Part shown: piece after piece, positions 53,421 through 64,000 of the stretch
Numbering within the stretch: the stretch's first letter is position 1
Layout of the letters: the number at the start of each line of letters is the position of its first letter
Source: Octopus vulgaris
Taxonomy: Eukaryota
Reading direction: 5' to 3'
Length of the DNA stretch: 64,000 nucleotides
NCBI GenBank assembly: GCA_951406725.2
Contig: OX597822.1
Location: forward strand, 46,190,001-46,254,000
The notes under the pieces: model-generated
Databases searched by the model: none
What the model was told of the DNA's origin: nothing
The model's input: the letters and a program-made list of their open reading frames with translations, nothing else
Made by a program: the position numbers and the translations under genes

Positions 53421-53954
53421 ATAAGTGAATACTATAAACACAGACAGTACACATATCCGGTTTTGTTTTAATTACTAATTCACATTTTGAAGTCTGTTGT
53501 TATCGCTGACATCATTATAGATATCGTTATTATAACTGCTGTGATTGTGGCTATCTATTATCTCTTACTCCTTTCCATCATTGGACTGCAGACATGCTGA
53601 GGCAATGCCTTGAAGAGTTTTTAGTAGAATGAATCAACCCCGTTACTTATTTTTTTAAGCCTAGTCTCTTTTGCTAAACTGCTAAGTTACACCAACACCA
53701 AATGTCAGATGGTAGCAGGGGAATAATATAGACACAAAAAACACAACATATATATATATATATATATATACATATACATACTACATACATACATATATTA
53801 TATACGACAGGATTCTTTCAGTTTCTGTCTACCAAATCCACTCACAAGCTTTGGTTGGCCTAAGACTATAGTAGGAGGTACTTGCCCATGGTGTCACACA
53901 GGAGGACTGAACATTTGGTTGGAGAGTAAGCTTCTTACTACACCTGAGCCTATA

Positions 53955-54013
<59 letters not shown>

Positions 54014-54080
54014 ATGTATGTATGTATGTATGTATGTATGTATGTATGTATGTATGTATGTATGTATGTATGTATATATA

Positions 54081-54465
54081 TCATCATCATCATTCAATGT
54101 TTTAAATCCAGATCTACCTCAACGCCTTCACATCTTGCCTAGTTTTGGGCGCCCTCCTTTTTCAAACCAACCCTCCTGATCTCCTCCTCCACCTTTTCCT
54201 TGTCCAACTTGCTTTCATGCTCCATTTATCTTAAAAGCAATCACCCTCCTTAGAACATGCTCTTCATCCCTCCTCAACACATATCCACCTCACCTCACTC
54301 CATTCAAGCAATTCTTCCAGCCCCAGCATCCCCATCAAATCCTCAGTCCTCCTTTTATCAAACAGCTTCACCCCACACATTTTTCTCACGATTGCTCTCT
54401 GAGTTCCTCTCAAAATTGCCATCTCCCTCTCCCTCAGACACCATGTCTCACTCCCATACAGCATG
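54081..54465 (-). pseudogene. RTE-clade LINE 3' fragment (second subfamily)
   Basis: MLYGSETWCLREREMAILRGTQRAIVRKMCGVKLFDK is the RTE LYGSETW motif; frameshifted afterwards; (GAT)n tail. Confidence 0.85.
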
Positions 54466-54819
54466 GGGCAAACAGAGTTTACTGAGGCAGATTGCCAGAT
54501 GTCCTTCCTGTGGCAGGCTTGACAATTGTTGAGAGAAATCTCTCAACATGAAACCATTAGTAGCCTTGTTAACTTACAAATAAAGAATGGTTACCAACCA
54601 AAGCAGTGTTGAGCATTCCTTCTCACTGTTATTAATGTTAACATAAAAATGCTTCCGATGCTTGTGAACACCTGATGAGCACTAAACACAAATATAGAAC
54701 AAAAACAAACCATGGAAAAATACAAAGTGAATATATATATATATATGCTTTTATTCTTTTACTTGTTTAAGTCATTTGACTGTGGCCATGCTGGAACAGT
54801 GTCTTTAATCAAATAAATC

Positions 54820-55235
54820 GGATCTTTTCGGTTTGAACAGCAGTTTTTTCTAGCAGTGTCATATGAAATTGTCACCCATAATTATGACCCTAGTATCGAT
54901 CTATTGCATTTCAATCTGTTTTAAGGTTAGGGTTAGGGGTGGGGGGAAGGGTATCTTTTTTTCTTCAGAAATGTAAATAAACCCAATCTGTTTCTTAAAT
55001 GAGGGACATATTCATACAGTACAGAATGTTTTCACCTCAATAGACGGTCATTGATTGGTTGAAATTGCAGAAATTGAAGAAAAAAACAACAAATATCTTA
55101 CAAACTATAGAATTTTCTCAATAAAGCCAAGAGAAAAATATGTTTTATAAACACATTCTACCAGTATACGAAATTTAAAATTTTTTAGTTACCTAGAAAT
55201 AATGTTAAAAACTGCCGTTCAAACCAAAAAGATCC
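54820..55235. mobile_element. Non-autonomous DNA transposon with GG...CC ends and perfect 8-bp TSD (Merlin-like)
   Basis: TIRs ggatcttttcggtttgaacagcagtttt / aaaactgccgttcaaaccaaaaagatcc; TSD aataaatc at 54812-54819 and 55236-55243. Confidence 0.88.
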
Positions 55236-55371
55236 AATAAATCAACCCCAGGACTTGTTCTTTGTAAGCCTATTCTATCAGTTTTTATTTTCCGAACTGC
55301 TAAGTTATGGGGATGTAAACACATCAACATCAGTTGTCAAGTGATGGGGGGGGGGAATCAAACACAGACAC

Positions 55372-55413
<42 letters not shown>

Positions 55414-55416
<3 letters not shown>

Positions 55417-55858
55417 AATTTAGGTTAGTTGAAATTTATTTGGTACATATTTCAACGGCTAAAGGCAAATACACTGCAGTTACCATGGAGACAAAAATCT
55501 CTCTTACGGTAAAAAGGTGTGAAAACACCAGTTGATTCAGTTTCGCCATCTGTTGGTACTTATCTCGACTGAGCGATCTACCAGCACAAATCAGTCAACG
55601 TTTGACTAAATTATATATAAAGCTACAAGCTTTATTTAGTTCGTCCAGAGTTGCCTCTCTTAGGTACATCTCATTGACAAAAGTCAAAAAACTTGAAACA
55701 TCAATGTCTAAGATTCCTGACAGATGGTGACTCTGAAGAAACTAGTATTTTCACACCTTTTTACCATAAAAGAGAGTTTTTCTCTATGGTAACTACAGTG
55801 TGTTTGCCTTTAGCAGCTGAAATATGTGACAAACATATTTCAACTAATCTAAATTGTG
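55414..55858. mobile_element. Fold-back element with ~140-bp inverted arms
   Basis: cacaatttaggttagttgaaat...gccatctgt versus acagatggtg...atttcaactaatctaaattgtg; no TSD visible. Confidence 0.8.
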
Positions 55859-56138
55859 TTCTTACTCAAACACTACTTTGCACCATCATCATCATACAGT
55901 GCTTTAAATCTGGGTTTTGTCCCCATTAACAGGGGTGGCCAGATCTGTCTCAATGCCATATCAACTGAAGTTGGAAGGTGCAGCCCACCCCACCCTTTTG
56001 GCTGGCTGGCTGGTGCCCATTCTCCTCTGCTATCATGAGGCTTTTTTGGAGCTGGATTTTCTATGGGGAGCAGTCTCTTGCTTACCCCAACCTCAGTTTC
56101 TAGATATGAGTGATCCTGAGACCAAGGAAGAATGCTTC

Positions 56139-56212
<74 letters not shown>

Positions 56213-58060
56213 TATATATATATATGATGAGCTTTTTTCAGTTTCCATCGAGCAAATCCACTCATAAGGCTTTGGTTAGCCCGAGGCTATAGTAGAAGAC
56301 ACTTGCCCAAGGTGACATGTAGTGGGACAGAACCCAGAACTATGTGGTTGGGAAGCAAGCTTCTTACCATACAGCCACTTTTGTGTGTGTGTGTGCGTGC
56401 GTGCATGTGTGTGTGTGTGTGCGCGTGCGTGCACGTGTGTGCGTGTATATTGTGTTCCAGCATGGCTGCTGTCCAGTGACTGAAGCAAGTTAGATGAAAG
56501 AAAATATATTTTTAAAGGAAGCTAACTGAAGCAAGGTTAAACTTTCGAGATAAACCAGGTGGTTGTGAGGGGGTGGGGCTGTTGAGGTTGTAAGTTGTCT
56601 AAGGAAAAACATTCAACATGAAATTTACTTGAAATTTGTTTATTTTGATAAGCAGCAAAAGGTTTCTTTGTTTGTTTGCCTGTCTGCTTGTTAAGCTTAG
56701 AGTTTAAGTTTCACTTCTCTGACCACCATTACTCTACTATATATTTCTTTTTTCCTTTTATTTGCTTCAATAAATTTTGTTATTTTTTTCTCCTCTATTT
56801 AATTCTCTTCATTCCCATATCATGCCACCATCTCCAACAAAGTTTCTGCCAACCAATACATACCCCTTATGCTATTTCGAATATTTGAAACATTTCCGGA
56901 AGCCAACTAGAGTGCTTCAATATACAAGCTCCTTCTAGTCTCCTACTCCTCTCCTCTCACCACTACCTCTGCCGCTTTCTTTGAGCAGATCCAGGGAAAG
57001 AGAAAGGGGAGGAGTGCCACCATCCAACAGACACTGACCAATGACATTCTCTGCTCTCAATGATGTTGCAGTAAACCAATATGTCATACTTGTAACCCCA
57101 GCCACATTATTTCAGGCTCCCAAATAAATGTAGTTGATGGCTGACAACACCTGAAATCTTTAGGCATGAAGAAAATAATCTGGTTTACTAGCACACAATT
57201 ATGTGTGTATATTCTTTTATTCTTTTACTTGTTTCAGTCATTTGACTGCGGCCATGCTGGAGTGCTGCCTTTAGTCGAACAAATCAACCCCAGGTCATTC
57301 TTTGTAAGCCTAGTAATTATTCTATCGGCCTCTTTTGCCGAACCACTAAGTTACAGGGACATAAACACACCAATATCAGTTGTCAAACAATGGTGGGGTA
57401 CAAACACACACACACACACACACACACACAATACATACATACAGTTTCCATCTACTAAATCCATTCATAAGACTTTGGTTGGGTTGAGGCTAGAGTAGAC
57501 ACTTGCCCAAGGTACCATACAGAGGGGCTGAACTCGGAACCATGTGGTTGGGAAGCAAGCTTCCTACTACACAGCCACTCCTATGCCTACAAGCCTGTGT
57601 GCATGCACATACATATGTGTCATTATCATCATCATCTAACATACATCATGCTTGCATGGTTCTATGGAAGTTGTTGAGGCACGTTTTTTACAGCCAGATG
57701 CCCTTCCTGTCACCAACCTTTGTTTCAATATAAGGTACTATTCCACGTTGGCCAGACATGTTTTCACAGAATATCAGAAATGAAGGCATTGTTCATATGA
57801 CAGCGACACTTGTTTACAATTACCATGCAATGTCAAGATAAGGAAGCACACAGACAATTTTCAACTATCAAAGTCTGGTGAGTGGATCTAGTAGATGGAA
57901 ACTGAATGAAGCCCATTATGCACATATGCTTGTGCATCTTTGTGCTTGTGATTGTACTCCACTGCTACTTGACAACCAGTATAGGTTTGTTTACATTCCT
58001 GTAACTTAGTGGTTTGGCAAAAGAGACTGGCACAATAAGTAAGAGGCTTTAAAAGAAGAT

Positions 58061-58790
58061 TCTTTTATTCTTTTATTTGTTTCAGGCATTTGACTGTGGC
58101 CACGCTGGAGCACCACCTTTAGTTGAAGAAATCGACCACAGGACTTATTCTCTGGAATCCCAGTACTTATTCTATCAGTCTCCTTTGCCAAACTGCTAAG
58201 TTACAGGGACGTAAAGACACCAACATCAGTCATCAAGCAATGGTGGGGGTTGACAAACAAAGGCACACAAACACATGTATATACTTATATATATATATAT
58301 ATATAGTGAGCGTTACCAGTGTTGACTTACTGGCACTCAAGCCCCGTGCTAGTAGGGTATTAAGAGCACCATCTGAGCGTGATCATTGCCAGCATCACCT
58401 TACTGGCACCTGTGCAGGTGGCATGTGTAAAAGATGCGAGTGAGGTCGTTGCCAGTACCGCCTGACTGGCCCAGTGCCGGTGGCACATAAAAGCACCCAC
58501 TACACTCTCGGAGTGGTTGGTGTTAGGAAGGGCATCCAGCAGAAGAAACTCTGCCAGATCAAGATTAAAGCCTGGTGCAGCCATCTGGTTCACCAGCCCT
58601 CAGTCAAATCATCCAACCCATGCTAGCATGGAAAGCAGACGTTAAATGATGATGATGATATATATACGATAGGCTTCTTTCAGTTTCCATCAAACAAATC
58701 CACTCACAAGGCTTAGGCAGGCCTAAGTTTATAGTAGAAGACATTTACTCAAGGTGCAGGACTGAACCTGGAACCATGTGGTTGGTAAGA
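58061..58790 (-). mobile_element. SINE A with an RTE 3' end (58305-58658, + strand) in its microsatellite
   Basis: SINE tail and head flank a gtgccggtggcac...aggaagggcatcc...(GAT)n segment. Confidence 0.8.
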
Positions 58791-58931
58791 TATGACAAAA
58801 TCATTAAAGTAAAGCATACAGTGCTCTGCAGTTTTAGTTCTGGTCCTTTGTACTTTGAACTCAAATATCATTGACATCAACTTTGCCTTTCACCCTTATG
58901 AGAGGGTCACAAGTATCAGTCAAATACTAGA

Positions 58932-58963
<32 letters not shown>

Positions 58964-60304
58964 GTTGCTTCCTCTTTCTCCTGGAATCAGCTTCATTTCA
59001 TTATGGAAAGGATCATCAGTGACCACTCACAGAATCCCTATATCCAGAAATGGAGATAGACTGAGCAAGATCTTAGCAAATTTTCCTCATAGACACAAGT
59101 GTAGCTGTGTGGTAAGAAGCCTGTTTCCCAACCACATGGCTCCGAGTCCAGTCCCACTGCGTAACATCTTAGGCAATTGTTTCTACTATAACCTTGGGCA
59201 GACCAAAACCTTGTGAGTGGATTTGGTAGACAGAAACTGAAAGAAGCCTGTGTGTGTTTGTCTATCTGTCTCCTCCCTTCTCTCTCTCCCCTTGTATCTG
59301 TGTTTGTCTCCCACCACCTCTTGACAAGCAGTTTTGGTGTGTTGACATCTAGGTAACTTAGCAGTTCAACAAAAAAGACTGATAGGATAAGCACCAGTCT
59401 TTCCAAAAAATAATGATGAGTACTGGGGTCAATTCATTTGATTAAAACCTCTTCAAGGCATTGCTCCAGCATGGTCACAGTGTAATGACTGCAACAAGGG
59501 AAAGATAAAAGTTAAAAGCTATAAAACTTCTTACACAAGGACTGTAAGACATACAATGGAGCAAGGAAAGGAAATGAAGAAGAAAAAAATATTTAGTGGT
59601 CAACAAGTGGAGATGAAGAAAAGACAAAATGTTGGACATCATTACCTTACAGCATTTGAGTTAAAGAGAGTAAGGTCTGAATCCAGATTGAAAAGCAGCT
59701 GACTTTAACATCTCCCATCCAGGACGGTTTGGTTGATGTAAGAAATACCATGCCTCTGTAATATTTTAGGCACCAAATGAAGAGATTTTCCTCTTAATGA
59801 AATACTGCAATCAACAATTAACACAAATGCTGCCTCAACTTGCAGGAGTATTGCGACTCACACTGAGAAGGCTTTATGATCTTCAAAACAAGTCTTTCAT
59901 GAGGAGCCTCTGTTTGTTCATTTGACTTGTGACAAACAGCAGACAAATCTCCTTCAAACCACACTGTACCATTTCGAAAATGGGTACATTAAATGTTGTC
60001 ACTGTATCAACCTGACTATCAGATGTTGCTTTACACAGCTGGTCACAAGGTGTGTCCTCACATTCTTGAAGCTTTCGAATGATACCACACTGCTGGCTGG
60101 ACAGGTAGGCTAACATTCTACCTGAATAGAATGCCAGTCCACCACAGGGTGACCCACCCATTCAAGCCTAAATGAAAAGAGTGATATGAAATGAAGTACT
60201 TTATTCCAAAACACAAAGCAGTGCCAACCTAGGGATTGAAATTACGATTTTACTATTGGTAGTGCAACACCCAAATCACAAGGCCACTTGCTTTCATACT
60301 AGAC

Positions 60305-60559
60305 CAATGGTTCTCATCTGAGATCTGTATGGCCCTAGATCGATGGTTCTCAACCAGGATCTGTATGGCCCTTGGGCCCATATAAGATTTTGTTCTTAAA
60401 ATTTATCTGCAATAAATTGCTTATATTTCAGCAATGCACAAAATATTTTAACAATTTTATCAATAAGATTTGTTTAAACATCAAATGGCCGTGGGGGTCC
60501 AAAAGAGTAAAACAGAAGTCTAAGGGTCCCATAGGCAAAGAAATGTTTGAGAACCACTG
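60305..60559 (+). mobile_element. hAT-like MITE with duplicated left end
   Basis: Left termini at 60305 and 60341 (36-bp duplication); right TIR tttgagaaccactg; related fragment at 52163-52260. Confidence 0.7.
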
Positions 60560-60668
60560 CATTACTTGATGCAGTCCAATATATACTATGTCAGAGAAAA
60601 CAAAAGGATGGTCATGAATGAAATATACTTCATTCATAGATCTCTAGTCAGTGTTGATATGAGTTTAA

Positions 60669-60878
60669 CCCTTTAGCATTTAAACCGGTTGTATCCAGCC
60701 CAAATATTCAACCTGTTTTGTGTTCAAACCAGCTAAATCTGGCCTCTCCATTATATCATTCTAAAAATAAACAATCACATCATTGAAAACTCAAAGCTAA
60801 AAGATGATGCATGATTAATTCAAACCACTGTGAATAAATAAGCATTACATTTGACAGAGTAATCTGAATGCTAAATGG
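60669..60878 (+). mobile_element. piggyBac-like MITE
   Basis: TTAA-ccctttagcatt ... aatgctaaatgg-TTAA. Confidence 0.85.
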
Positions 60879-63800
60879 TTAAATAATAACAAACAAGTCA
60901 TTCAATGGAACCGGAAAGAACACAGATAACAAGAGCACCCAATGATGTATTAGTGCCACAGAGCCTTGGCAAATCTCCCGTTTCACAGAGAGAGAGCAAG
61001 AGCTGTTGCAATGAGATGAAGAAAACATCTGAACAAAATGACTGAAGAATTCTGATTGCATTTTGATAAAACATGACAAGGAGGGAAGGGTCCTTTAATC
61101 AAGGTAAATGTGCTGGGGTTGATTAATTCAACTGTATGGCCCACACAAAACAAATTATGTAACCTTGTGCAGATGTGAGTATTCAGTATTTAATCTTGTC
61201 TCTGTTACATTTTCATCATTTCAGACTCAATCATTTAAGTACCAGTCATATATTTAGGTCAATACAATCGATTGTAGCCACTCACCTACATATATTGGCA
61301 ATACACCGGAGTCCATAGAAATGAATATTAGATTTATATTTAACTCCCAACAGATAACCTGAAACACACAAATAACAACAAATCTCAACGGTTACACTGT
61401 AAAAGTGAACATTGGGGTGGTGGTGTTGTTGTTATTGTTCAGGGTAGGGATGTGGTGGGGAAAGCAAAGGTAGTAGATGGGCTAGATTAATGGTAGTAGT
61501 AGTAGTGGCAGAAGTAGTGATGGTGGTAGTGGTGGTAGCAATAGTAGTAGTGGTGATGGTGGATGTAGGTTTGATCAAATAGTAGTGAAGATCAGCAAGG
61601 ATGATAGGGATGGAGATAAGTGGTTGTAGTGATGGTGGTGGAAGAGAAAGGGTTGGTGTTATGGATGATGGTGCAGAACAGTGAAATGATGATAATGATG
61701 GTGGTGGATGATGACAGAATAGTAATGTCATTGTGGAAGCCAAGGTGGGGGAGGGAGGGGTATGGAGATTTGTAGTGGTAGAGATCATCGAGGTGATAGT
61801 GATGGTGGTTGGAGAAGGAGATGGACAAGAAAAGACAGCAGAAGAAAATCTGGAGAATGTTAACATTGGTGTGAATGGAACTATTCACCTTTCAGCTTGC
61901 TGCATGCTCAATGCAAAACACCAAACAAGATGGATTATAAAAGGTGTCGAGAGCTGCTAGAAAAACAACGGCCATTTCCAAATCAGTGATCATGGCATTT
62001 CCACAAACCATTCCAAGCAGTTTCAAAACAACAACAACAACAGGCAAAGGCTACTACAACAACAACAACTACAGCAGTGACCTAAACAACAACGGCATCA
62101 ACGATGAAAACAGTTGCCACAATATCAAGTACAACTACAAAAACAACAACAGCTACAATAATAGCAATCGCAACAACATCAACAACAAAAAGAGCAACAA
62201 CTGCAGCAACAGTAATAACATCAGCAACAAATGGCAATTTCAACACAAAAACCATTCTTAATAATAATGAGAAATGTAAATGAGATGAAAAAAAAAATCT
62301 TTATCATTATTGTCATAATCATGAAATTGTAATGGCCAGGTGAAGAACCATCAATTTGTGGGTTTGAGATGCTTTGGCACAAATCATTTTGGTGCCACCC
62401 ATTTAGCATCACTGATTCGATGCTGACTTATTTGACATCAGGCATTTTAATGCTTCATTCTCTCTCTCTCTCTCTCTGTGGGTATATTTCTCTTCATTAC
62501 GTCAATTATGTTCAAATAATATCTCTTTATGTGGATGAGGAGAGGGAAAGCATTTTCATCAATCGTGTTCAATTAATAAATCATAACATTACCCCCCTCC
62601 TCCCTCCCCCTTTCAATTTGTACATGTATATTTCCGAGCACACGTTTGCCTTCAGCTCCAGACTGACCGTTCAGTCAACCATGCCAAATTAACCCGTGTC
62701 CACACAGCTGCAGTCACTTGTCTTATTCCACAAATTTCTTCTTCTTCTTCAGGTACTGTGTATTACTAGGACAAATTGTTTTCACTACCTCATCAGTTGG
62801 ATGTAGCGTAATTAAATCCTAAGTTAATCACATGAATAACGAGTCTTTGCACAAGTGTTTCAAGACATCTTACTTTTATTTCTCATGGAAACAGAGAATT
62901 AAGACCAATGAAAATACTGGCTCTTTGGCTCTATGAAGGAGAAGAGAAGAAAGTGAGAAAATGTCATGAAAAATTAGTCCTGGGAAGTCGAAGATCTATT
63001 TCTTTTCATACAAAGAAGGAGTCTACACAAGAGTAGTGCAATATATTAGGCCCCATAAAGTAGGCCAGGTGAAATACTTAGCCGTATTTTGTCTGTCATT
63101 ATATTCTGAGTTCAAATTCCAGCGAGGTCGACTTTGTCTTTCATCCTTTTGGGGTCAATAAATTAAATACTAGTTGCATACTGGGGTTGATGTAATCGAC
63201 TGGCACACTCCCTAAAAATTTTGGACCTTGTGCCTAGAGTAGAAAATAATATATTAGGTCCCATGACAAAAGTTAAGAATCAGCCCTAACTTGCACTGTT
63301 TTTTGACGCTTTTATACATCAGATGCAGGCATGGCTGTGTGATAAGAAGTTTGCTTCCAAATTACATGCTTCCATGTTCAGTCCTATCGCGTGGCACCTT
63401 GGGCTCTACTATAGCCTCAGGCTGACCAAAGCCTTGTGAGAGATTTCATAGATGGAAACTGAAAGAAGCCCATTATTTGTGTGTGTGTGTGTATCTTTGT
63501 GTCTGTCTTTGCTCCCCCCCACTACTTGACAATCAGTGTTGGTGTGTTTATGACCCCGTAGCTTAACAGTTCAGCAAAAGAGACAGTTGGAATAAGTTCT
63601 GGGCTCCATTCATTCGACTAAAAATTCTTTGAGGCAGTGCCCCAGTATGGCCACAGTCTAATGACTGAAATGAGTAACAGAAAAGATAAGAAAAGAAAGC
63701 AAAAGCAGAATGAGCAGAAACACAGAGTTGGCCAATCAAATTAACTGGTCTGCTGAGTCATATACATCCTGCAATGTGAAGACGAATGAATCATTAACAA

Positions 63801-64000
63801 GCGTTGTTAATATAGCCTCCCCACCCAGTCAAGCTTGATTGAGCAAACAGTCTTCAACACAAAAGGCCACATAAGATAATGTAACCAGGAATACACCTAA
63901 AGAGGGAATGGCCATAACTGGATTGTCTTTGTTCGTATGTTTCCTTAATCAAGATTTGCTACTCTTTCTTTTCTACTCTAGGCACAAGGCCTGAAATTTG

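Larger units (their letters stand above)
54748..56378 (-). mobile_element. SINE family A expanded by nested insertions
   Basis: Tail at 54748-54819 and 55236-55370; head at 56225-56378. Confidence 0.75.

Noticed and set aside
54925-54950. Interstitial telomere
   Set aside because: Only two TTAGGG units, internal to a TIR element.
61432-62261. Thr/Pro- and Asn-rich ORFs
   Set aside because: Low-complexity GGT/AAC degenerate repeats with no splice or homology evidence.

Overview
AT-rich eukaryotic (animal) DNA made up largely of microsatellites, tRNA-derived SINEs, decayed LINEs and non-autonomous DNA transposons. The repeat repertoire looks like an octopus/coleoid cephalopod genome (inference from recalled repeat families, not a database hit). 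The only host coding sequence I can support is one 77-bp minus-strand exon (30178-30254) encoding FSMDNLQSLDPRKQELLEARFLGSR, the conserved N-terminal motif of Tousled-like kinase. Most of the window is therefore probably TLK intron. Nearly all ORFs in the track are microsatellite or repeat artefacts. I see no CRISPR array, rRNA or true tRNA, and no convincing new gene system. The most unusual structures are in the mobile DNA: two copies of one hAT-like element carry the same multimeric TTAA-flanked cassette at the same site in opposite orientations; a SINE family stacks in (AAT)n tracts and supplies the T-rich tract of the TLK splice acceptor; SINE heads and tails are modular; there is extensive nesting; and there are several tandem arrays. 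Boundaries of old repeats are approximate (about 10-20 bp).
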